Assembly (NCBI GenBank): GCA_937920515.1
Contig: CALEUG010000015.1
Span: 251-64,250, forward strand
Reading direction: 5' to 3'
DNA: 64,000 nucleotides
DNA from: an uncultured bacterium
GTDB taxonomy: Bacteria; Acidobacteriota; Aminicenantia; Aminicenantales; Saccharicenantaceae
The notes beneath the pieces are model-generated. The model saw only the letters and a list, made by a program, of their open reading frames with translations, was not told the origin of the DNA and did no database searches. This document shows, in pieces, positions 8,781-16,535 of this stretch. Numbering within the stretch: the stretch's first letter is position 1; each line of letters begins with the position of its first letter. A program made the position numbers and the translations under genes.

Positions 8781-10733
8781 TCACAATTTTAATTTAAATC
8801 CGGTGGAAATTGTAGTGCCCGGCGAACCGTAGCCGTAAACGAGCTCATAGCGGCTGTTTAACAGGTTCTGGACATGGAGGAAAAGGGCAAGCGACTGCTT
8901 GAGGTCATAGCTCAGGAGCAAACTGGCTATGTTTGCCGCTTTGAGCTTTACGGTCCGGGGCGGATAGGAAGAATAATCGACATCCAGCCGGGAACCGATA
9001 TGGTTGAGCTCGGCCGTTAGAGTTATTGATTTATGCGACAGGTTAAAGCGGACGTAGAAGCTTTGCTCCGGCCGGCGAAGAAGCGGGCTTTCCAAAACCA
9101 GGTCCCGGGCCTTGAGGTGAGTCCAGCCCGTGCTGATGTTCCCGTTCTTAAACGGCCTGGCTTCCAGTGAAGCTTCCAGGCCGCGGCTTAGAGCCCGGCC
9201 GACATTCTGGTAGCCAGAGCCGAAATAAAACTGGATTAAGTTCCGAAAGCGGGTTTCAAAATAGGTCAGCGATATGGCCAGCCTGTCGCCAAATTCCTTC
9301 TCTATCCCCGCATCCCAGCCGAGGTTTCTTTCCGGATGCAGGTCCGGGTTACCGATTGGCCCGAAATAATCAGCCGGGGCGAAAAGCTGGTAGAGGGAAG
9401 GGGCTTTAAAGCCGCTGCCGAGCGTGCTTTTCAGCCTGGCCCCGATTTCAGGCAGGTCCAGGCAGGCTGCCGCCCTGAAGGTCAGGGCCTGGCCGAAGCG
9501 CCGGTGATGGTCGGAGCGAAGACCTGCGGTCAACGACAGCCTTTCCCAGGGTTTCCACTGGTCCTGTAAGTAGAGGCCGAGCAGAGAGGCGGTTTTTTGC
9601 GGAAAGCTGCTTTCGTAGTCACCCCACGGGCTGAAATACAGGTAAGAAGAGCTGCCGTATTCCTGGCGATAGTCGGCCCCGAGAACGAGGGTGTGGTTCG
9701 CAGCCAGGAAAAAATTGTTCTGCCAGTCAATCTTAAAAAGCCGGCTGCTGTACAGGGCCCGCTCGCCTTCGCCCGGGTGAACTTCGTCGGCCGGGTTGTC
9801 GTTCTCCCGGCGGCCGGCTTCCAGGCCGAAGACCAGTTTTGGCTGCCAGCGGTGCTGGAAGAGAAAGGCGTCAAGCTCCAGGCGGTTAAAAATAAAGCGA
9901 GATTTCTGGAGAGAATTGGGGTCGTCTCCATAAGGCCCGCCGAAGGCGTCAAGCTCGGCCCGGCCGATGAGCCCGCGGGTCTGCCAGTTGAGGCGAAAGG
10001 ATGGCGAGAGCCGGTAGCTCAACTTCAGGGCCAGGCTCTGCTGGCTGTAGCCGTCAGCCTCGCTGTTTCCTGGATAGCGGCTGTCGGCCTGGGAAATACC
10101 GGCCGTGGCGAAGGTGTTGAATTCGGCCAGCAAGGAGAAATCTCTGAAGACCCGGGCCACCTTGAAATTTCCCTGCCCGGTCCGAAAAGTTCCGAAAAGC
10201 CCGGAAAGGCTGACCTCATTCTTTTCGGGGTCGGCCGTTATCAGGTTTACCACCCCGGCCAGGGCATCAGAGCCGTAAAGGGTGCTCTGGGGGCCGCGCA
10301 GAACTTCCACCCGGTCAACCAGGGCCAGGTTGAACAGGTTAAAATTAAAAGAGCGGGAAGGTGAGACGGGGTCGTTGAGCTCTAAGCCGTCAACCATGAA
10401 GACCGCATGTTCTGAATTGGCGCCACGGATGAAAAGAGAGCCAGACCCGCCGGCCAGGCCGGTTTGAATGAAAAAGAGTCCGGGGATACCTGCCAGTAGA
10501 ATTTCTGGCCTGACAGTCGCCCCCGGCGGTAGCTTTTCGGTTCGGACCAGGCTTATGGCCGAGGCCGTTTCCCTGACCGGGGTTTCCAGTCGGGTGGCCG
10601 TCACCACTATCTCGTGTTGAATTTTTGGCGGCTGGTTCTGGTCATTTAGCAGCGCGCTGGCCGGGCGCTCACCAAAAAGAAACAGGCAAAGAAAGCACAG
10701 GGTTGAAAGTTGGGCAGAAAGGTTTCTTTTCAT
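8781..10733 (-). CDS. btuB: TonB-dependent outer-membrane receptor, probably the cobalamin receptor (BtuB-like)
   Basis: A signal peptide, a TonB box/plug (VVTATRLETPVRETASAISLV) and a 650-aa beta-barrel are present. A cobalamin riboswitch lies in its 5' UTR. Confidence 0.8.
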   Translation of the reverse strand: MKRNLSAQLSTLCFLCLFLFGERPASALLNDQNQPPKIQHEIVVTATRLETPVRETASAISLVRTEKLPPGATVRPEILLAGIPGLFFIQTGLAGGSGSLFIRGANSEHAVFMVDGLELNDPVSPSRSFNFNLFNLALVDRVEVLRGPQSTLYGSDALAGVVNLITADPEKNEVSLSGLFGTFRTGQGNFKVARVFRDFSLLAEFNTFATAGISQADSRYPGNSEADGYSQQSLALKLSYRLSPSFRLNWQTRGLIGRAELDAFGGPYGDDPNSLQKSRFIFNRLELDAFLFQHRWQPKLVFGLEAGRRENDNPADEVHPGEGERALYSSRLFKIDWQNNFFLAANHTLVLGADYRQEYGSSSYLYFSPWGDYESSFPQKTASLLGLYLQDQWKPWERLSLTAGLRSDHHRRFGQALTFRAAACLDLPEIGARLKSTLGSGFKAPSLYQLFAPADYFGPIGNPDLHPERNLGWDAGIEKEFGDRLAISLTYFETRFRNLIQFYFGSGYQNVGRALSRGLEASLEARPFKNGNISTGWTHLKARDLVLESPLLRRPEQSFYVRFNLSHKSITLTAELNHIGSRLDVDYSSYPPRTVKLKAANIASLLLSYDLKQSLALFLHVQNLLNSRYELVYGYGSPGTTISTGFKLKL

Positions 10734-10789
10734 TCATTTTCCTTTCCCCCCGCTTGAAAAAGCTTCTGAGCCGCTCCTCTTTTCTTCCG

Positions 10790-10960
10790 CCCGAAGAAAA
10801 CAGGGGCTGCCGGGTTGAAGGCAGGTATCCTGACTCCCGGGTCTTCCTCCTCCCTAACCTTCCCACCCGCAGGGGCAGTGGCTTTTTGAGGGATTCGTCG
10901 CCGGTTACAGTAGCGGGGGCTGTGTCCGCCTCTCACGGACTTCCCTGCTTCTTAAACCCT
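10790..10960 (-). ncRNA. Cobalamin (AdoCbl) riboswitch in the 5' leader of the TonB-dependent receptor gene
   Basis: The minus-strand RNA reads GGGAAGUCCGUGAGAGGCGGAC…CCCGCUACUGUAACCGG…GCCACUGCCCCUGCGGGUGGGAAGG…GUCAGGAUACCUGCC. This contains the B12-box GCCACUG, the GGGAAG…GGUGNNA…CCCGC core and the CAGGAUACCUGCC 3' element. Confidence 0.75.
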
Positions 10961-11036
10961 GAAACATAATTTATCAAATTTGAGCGCCCTGTCAATTCTG
11001 GCAGAAAAATTGTGGGTCATGAGGTCCGGGGTGATT

Positions 11037-12231
11037 TTACTGAATCTTTCTCGTCCTGCCGGCAAATATCTCCGGATAATTCTTTACCTTGATCCTTTTT
11101 ATCACCGGCCAACCTTCCTGGTCTTCTGAAATGAAATATATGAACCCATTGCTTATCAGCTTCGGCTTTGCCGGGAACTTAACGGATAGCAAATAGTTGC
11201 CCTCTTCACTATAAATGTCTGCTTCATATACTTTCTGTTTGCGCTCTTTTCGAGATATGGTTACTACGTATAACCTGTTCGATTCATCTAAAAGCAATGC
11301 ATTGAAAAGAGGTGCAGGATTTCCACGATTAACACCATTTCTTGTCCGTTGACTGGATGTCTCTAAGTTCGCGCCTCTCGAAATAGGGGGACCATTAATT
11401 GTTCTGACCAGATTCCCGGAATAATCGTAAAAATTGATAACATATTGCAAGTTGTGAGCTATCCACACGCCGTTTCTGGAAGGACAGATGATAAAAGACG
11501 GGAGGTTTTCGGGGTTAATAACACCTCCAACCACCCCCCCCTTCTTTACTGAACCTCAAGGTCCAGAGGCCGTGATCCTTGGGTCCCTGAAGGATATATT
11601 TTATTCTTCCCTGTCTATCTAACGCGGAGATTTGTCCAATTTTACCTGATTCTGTACTTAATTAGGTCACACCTATTATTCCATCATCATTGTTGGCGGC
11701 GAAATTGCTGGCCAGAAATGCTTCCAATGGAAATTGAGTTAAGAATTCACCATCCTTTGAATATATTATTATTTTTCTTCCTTGGTCGTTGATTAATATC
11801 TTGTCTTTTGTCAACTGCATTCCAAGTATCATTGTAAACTCGCCTGGCCCCTGACCGGTTGATCCAATTTCTCTGATTAAATTGCCATTGGCGTCCCATT
11901 CGGTAATTTTATCCTGTTCCAGCGCATAATATTTACCCCATTCGCTGAGAAAAAAATCCCGGATGGTTTTGGTTCCTGATTGCGACGCGTTTATAAAAAT
12001 CTCTTCATTACCGTCAAATAATAATTCTAAATCTGCAGGCCGTATGAATTGTCGTAACTTAAAAAAACCAATTCCTATAAGAACAGCAACCAAAACGACC
12101 GCAAAAGATAATGCTTGCCTTCCCCGCATCTTGAATCTTATTTCAGGTGGAGCAATCTCAAAGCAGAATATCTTATACCATTGGAGGCACAACCTCGCAG
12201 TATGAACCCCACCAGGCTCCGCCGTACTCAC
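11037..12231 (-). pseudogene. Disrupted 6-bladed beta-propeller (NHL-repeat / BF3164-like) membrane-anchored protein. It is split by an in-frame TAA at 11662-11664 and by a frameshift at a G8/C8 homopolymer (11534-11541).
   Basis: The upstream part (11662-12231) has an N-terminal TM segment and NHL-like GSTGQGPGEF motifs. The reading frame stays open past the TAA until the poly-G tract, where the downstream ORF (11037-11534) continues in another frame with the same repeat flavour. Confidence 0.45.
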
Positions 12232-12451
12232 AGAAAATGCCTCTTATCGGTCCTCCCGAATAATACCTGTAATAACCACAGACCTCATGCCCGCCGCAAT
12301 TTCCGAAAGTTTCGCAGAAAAGCAAGGTCCCGTCTCCGCATATAAAATTAAGGCCGCAGCTTAAGGCAGGCCGGCTGACCGTAAGAAAAAAGCCTGCAAT
12401 GAGAGAGATGGCGATAAGAATTAAAGTTGCCAATCGCTTAAAGTTTAACAT
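12173..12451 (-). CDS. Small peptide (92 aa) with a signal-peptide-like N-terminus and 7 cysteines
   Basis: The N-terminal hydrophobic segment is MLNFKRLATLILIAISLIAGFFLTV. The mature region has 7 Cys and many Gly/aromatic residues (…CGLNFICGDGTLLFCETFGNCGGHEVCGYYRYY…). It lies between two beta-propeller lipoprotein genes. Confidence 0.4.
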   Translation of the reverse strand: MLNFKRLATLILIAISLIAGFFLTVSRPALSCGLNFICGDGTLLFCETFGNCGGHEVCGYYRYYSGGPIRGIFCEYGGAWWGSYCEVVPPMV

Positions 12452-12475
12452 GTTAAACCCCCTTAAAAAATTTAT

Positions 12476-13570
12476 TCATATATCAGCCTCAAAAATTAAC
12501 GGCTGCCTGTTTTCTGGGTTAGTAGCCAGGCCAAACATTCTTCCGACAGGCAAGATAACAAAGCAATCTATGTAAGAGGTAATATCTTGGTCATTAAGAA
12601 TTATCTTAAGCGTTCCGAGGAAATCGGCCTTAAGGTTGAATAATAGAAATTTCTCATAACCAAGGTAGTAGATAGTCCCTTTATAGATTCCAATCCCTCT
12701 GTTCATTCTGACCAACCGAATCTCATTTGGTTTATTCTGTTTTTCAGGCGTGTCAGCCATAATTTCTTTCTGGCGGTCCAGGGCGCGATTAATTTCAGGT
12801 ATATCTGATAGAGCGAGATCTCTTTTGAATATCTCCCTTCCGGTTATCCGATCAAAGGCAAATACTATCGGCAGGCAGGTATAAGCGCCATAGATAACTC
12901 GATCGTCACCAGACAGCTCAACCAGGTTAAAATGCAGATGGGCTATGGATGAGGAACATCTTATGGCTTTTCCGAAAGAACGGATTTGAGTGAAATCATA
13001 ATCAAATATGGAAATAATAGGTTCCTCGTTCATCTCAGCGATAGACCGGGTAACCTTTTTTGCCGGCACAATCAATTGATTTTCCTGACCAATAATGAGA
13101 GCGGGAAGGAAATAGTTTCCTTTTTTTGATATCACTTTTATAAAGGAGCCAAAGCGATTGAATATTTTTATCTCTGCACCAGAGTTGTTTATAACGGCCA
13201 ATATCTTATCGTTGGCGGTAACAACCACGGGGTAATACAGATCTGTTTCTCTCTGACCTATACCTCCAATTATTCTTTTAAGTTTTCCCACCCTATCAAT
13301 TTCCAGGATCCTGTGCCTTTTAGAATCGATCAGATATGCTGTAAGATCTTCAGTCATATGGAAGAGCTTTGTCTGAAAAAATGTCCTGGCAATTTCGAAT
13401 TCCGTCTCAAGCTTCTGCAAATCCAAAAATGTTCTGGCTGTGATTACCTTTTCGGATGAATTCCGATCAGCTGACAAGGGATTTTTCTGGTGGCAGGAAA
13501 TAATAGCACAGAATAATAATATGAAAGGCGCAGCTGCCTTAAAAAAGGCCGATGTTCTGCGTATTATCAT
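12476..13570 (-). CDS. 6-bladed beta-propeller lipoprotein (NHL/TolB-like, BF3164-like family)
   Basis: It has a lipoprotein signal (…FILLFCAIISC). The 364-aa repeat-rich body resembles 11037-12231. It is AT-rich. Confidence 0.5.
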   Translation of the reverse strand: MIIRRTSAFFKAAAPFILLFCAIISCHQKNPLSADRNSSEKVITARTFLDLQKLETEFEIARTFFQTKLFHMTEDLTAYLIDSKRHRILEIDRVGKLKRIIGGIGQRETDLYYPVVVTANDKILAVINNSGAEIKIFNRFGSFIKVISKKGNYFLPALIIGQENQLIVPAKKVTRSIAEMNEEPIISIFDYDFTQIRSFGKAIRCSSSIAHLHFNLVELSGDDRVIYGAYTCLPIVFAFDRITGREIFKRDLALSDIPEINRALDRQKEIMADTPEKQNKPNEIRLVRMNRGIGIYKGTIYYLGYEKFLLFNLKADFLGTLKIILNDQDITSYIDCFVILPVGRMFGLATNPENRQPLIFEADI

Positions 13571-14277
13571 TTCATTTTCCTTTTGAAATTTTTAATTTTC
13601 TCAGTTATTTCTTTAATTATTCTTTCTTCTGTTAATCCCGGGTACTCAGTCCAGATGACCACTCTATCATTATCAATAAGAACAGACCAGGGATCACACT
13701 TTAAATTTTCCTCTGTTATATAAATGTTATCTTCGGGCATGAAGTTTTGAATTAAATACGTATCGAAATTCAATACCTGGTAGCTTTTAATCATTTTGAT
13801 ATCATCAGTAGAAAAAGGCTCCATGAAAAAAATTCCTGTGAACATGTTATCAATTGAATTCATGTAAATTTTCTGGAGAGTTTCAAGACGGTTCATATGT
13901 TTGCAGGTCCGGCAGTAAGAATATGAAGAAAAGAAAGTGAGAATATTTAATTTTTTTAGGGTGTCTGATAAGGACTTTTTTTGCCCGTTTATTTCATAAA
14001 GCGTAAAGTCAGGTATAATTTGCTTTTCAAAAAATGGGGGATGCCAGAAAGGCGGGGTCTTACTGATTTCATCTATATCAAGGTATCTTTCTATTAGTTG
14101 TCTTAGCAGGTCTGGCTGGAGAAGCTCGTTTTCCTTGAAAATGATTTCTTGCTCAGGGCCGACAAGCATGGTGGCGCCACAGCAGCCATTCAGGTTATGC
14201 TTTTTGATAAATTGGGTTATTTCAGCGTTAAAAATACAGCCCTGCTCGCCTGGAAGCAGGGCCTGGGTGAAGGGCAA
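13567..14277 (-). CDS. Thioredoxin-fold protein of the TlpA/redoxin family with a CRTC active-site motif. The true start is probably internal, around MLVGPEQ.
   Basis: The sequence DFTLYEINGQKKSLSDTLKKLNILTFFSSYSYCRTCKHM matches the TlpA-like pattern (x-FW-ATWC-xxC). It overlaps the upstream gene by 4 nt. Confidence 0.5.
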   Translation of the reverse strand: MPFTQALLPGEQGCIFNAEITQFIKKHNLNGCCGATMLVGPEQEIIFKENELLQPDLLRQLIERYLDIDEISKTPPFWHPPFFEKQIIPDFTLYEINGQKKSLSDTLKKLNILTFFSSYSYCRTCKHMNRLETLQKIYMNSIDNMFTGIFFMEPFSTDDIKMIKSYQVLNFDTYLIQNFMPEDNIYITEENLKCDPWSVLIDNDRVVIWTEYPGLTEERIIKEITEKIKNFKRKMK

Positions 14278-14753
14278 GGAAAGGAGGGGATTAAGAGAAG
14301 GAGGCTTTAAGGTTTAACCTCTGGTCAAGCCTTAAAATTCCTCTTATTCTCATCTTTGCTCACTTAGATTAACATTCTGGCTGGGGATTTGGTTGCGCGG
14401 TGTAATCCGGAAAGTTTTTTGATTAAGACAGGGGTTAAAATTAAAGATATAAACGCGAAATAAAAAGAGTCTATTTTTCTCTGATTTTCGACTTTTCCCC
14501 TTACTGACAACATAACTATTTTACCATAACAATAATTTTTTTGCAAGAAATTTTTTACAGTTTTTAAAATTTTGCTGAAATTTCTTGTCCGTCGCTGTTA
14601 TAAGGGGAAAAAAGAGGCTCCGGATGCAAATTTTCGGGCTGAAGACTTTAATTTTGCGCCCTTCCGGGGTTAAAATAGCCATGTCTGGCGGAATAAACGC
14701 CTGATAGCGGCTGAAAAACTCAGGCAAACGTCGGTTTTGCGGGAGAAAGGCCC

Positions 14754-16169
14754 ATGAATAAGGAAAATTTCAGAAAATATGGCTATCAACTCGTAGACTG
14801 GGTGGCCGATTACCTGGAAAACGCCGAAAAGTACCCGGTCATGTCTGTGGTTCAACCGGGAGAAATCAAGGCCAGGCTGCCGGTTTCGCCCCCGGCCCAC
14901 GCCGAGGAAATGGACCGGATACTGGAAGATTTTAACAGCATTATCATGCCCGGTATTACCCACTGGCAGCATCCTGGCTGGTTTGCCTACTTTCCGGCCA
15001 ATAACAGCCCGGCCTCCATACTGGGGGAGCTGCTGGCCGCTGGACTGGGAACTCAGGGCATGGTCTGGCAGACTTCTCCGGCTGCCACCGAGCTGGAAGA
15101 AGTGGTCATGGACTGGCTGCGCCAGATGATAGGGTTGCCCGAGGGCTATGCCGGCGTCATCCAGGATACCGCCTCCACGGCTACCCTGTGCGCCCTGCTG
15201 GCTGCCCGGGAAAAAATCTCCGGTTTCAGGATAAATTACGAAGGCTTCGAAGGAGCCCTCCGGGTTTATGCCTCCCGGGAAGCGCATTCCAGCGTTGACA
15301 AGGGGGTTAAAATTGCCGGCTTTGGCAAAAAGAATCTGGTTCATATTCCGGTTGATGATGAATTTGCCCTGATTCCCGGCGAACTGGAGCGGGCCATTGA
15401 GAACGACCTTAAGGCCGGGCTTAAACCGGCCTGCGTGGTGGCCACCGTCGGCACCACCTCTTCCGGGGCGGTTGACCCTCTGAAACCCATCGGAGAAATC
15501 TGCCGCAGGTACGGCCTCTGGCTGCACGTCGATGCCGCCTATGCCGGAACGGCGGCCATTCTGCCCGAGAAGCGCTGGGTCCTGGAAGGCGCCGGGCTGG
15601 CCGATTCGCTGGTCTTTAACCCGCACAAGTGGATGCTGACCAACTTTGACTGCTCGGCCTTCTTTGTTAAGGAGCCGGAGGTCCTGACCCGCACCTTTGA
15701 AATTCATCCGGAATATCTCAAGACCGGCGTCGATGCCGTGGTCAAGAATTACCGAGACTGGGGAATTCAACTCGGGCGCCGGTTCCGGGCCCTGAAGCTG
15801 TGGTTTGTGCTGCGGAGCTACGGGGTGGAGGGGATCAAGAAAATAATCCGCCGCCATATTCACCTGGCCGAGCTCTTCCGCGATGAACTGCAGCAGGACC
15901 GGCGGTTTGAAATCCTGGCCCCGGTTTACTTCAGCCTGGTCTGCTTCAGGTTGAACGACGGGCGGCCGGAAGCCGGGCTTAACGAACTCAACCGGAAGCT
16001 GCTGGAAGCGGTTAACTCAACCGGCAGGCTATTCATGACCCATACCACGCTCAACGGAAAATATACTCTGCGGCTGGTGGTCGGGCAGAGAACAACCGAG
16101 GAAAGACACGTCCGCCTGGCCCTGGAGATAATAAAGCAGAAGGCCGGGGAGCTGCTTCTGTCTTCTTGA
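14754..16169 (+). CDS. PLP-dependent aromatic-L-amino-acid decarboxylase (group II decarboxylase; tyrosine/DOPA/tryptophan decarboxylase family)
   Basis: 471 aa. It has the PLP-lysine motif NPHKWMLTNFDCSAFF and the WQHPGWFAYFP/HVDAAYAG signatures of group II decarboxylases. Confidence 0.8.
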   Translation: MNKENFRKYGYQLVDWVADYLENAEKYPVMSVVQPGEIKARLPVSPPAHAEEMDRILEDFNSIIMPGITHWQHPGWFAYFPANNSPASILGELLAAGLGTQGMVWQTSPAATELEEVVMDWLRQMIGLPEGYAGVIQDTASTATLCALLAAREKISGFRINYEGFEGALRVYASREAHSSVDKGVKIAGFGKKNLVHIPVDDEFALIPGELERAIENDLKAGLKPACVVATVGTTSSGAVDPLKPIGEICRRYGLWLHVDAAYAGTAAILPEKRWVLEGAGLADSLVFNPHKWMLTNFDCSAFFVKEPEVLTRTFEIHPEYLKTGVDAVVKNYRDWGIQLGRRFRALKLWFVLRSYGVEGIKKIIRRHIHLAELFRDELQQDRRFEILAPVYFSLVCFRLNDGRPEAGLNELNRKLLEAVNSTGRLFMTHTTLNGKYTLRLVVGQRTTEERHVRLALEIIKQKAGELLLSS

Positions 16170-16535
16170 GAACCCCGGGCAGAGATAAGTTTATTATCTT
16201 AATTTTTTAAATTTGAAGGGGCAGCGGCTGCGGTAATTTCGACTCTGCACTTATCTGGACCCGGTTTTTTTTATCGACTTTCGCTCGCAGCAAAAAGACC
16301 CGGGTAAAAAGACCCTGTGGTTTCAGCACCTTAAAAAGTTCCAATCTGTTAAAGAATTGCTGATTTGAATCTTAAATTCACATCACGGAAATTTTCGATG
16401 AAATATTTACCTTCAGCTTAAAGATAGCAGAGTGAACGGCAGAAACCGAAAAGAGGCAGCGGCGCACTTCTCATTTATAAGAATATATCTGGTTTGCTTG
16501 TTCTGCCGATTGCCTGAGCGCCTGGTCCCGGTTGC

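Noticed and set aside
9597-10364. 255-aa plus-strand ORF within the TonB-dependent receptor gene
   Set aside because: It is an antisense shadow ORF. The receptor on the minus strand has plug and barrel signatures and a riboswitch leader.
14670-15863. 397-aa minus-strand ORF overlapping the decarboxylase gene
   Set aside because: It is an antisense shadow ORF of a high-GC gene. It is Pro/Gly/Arg-rich with no motifs, while the plus-strand product has clear group II decarboxylase signatures.
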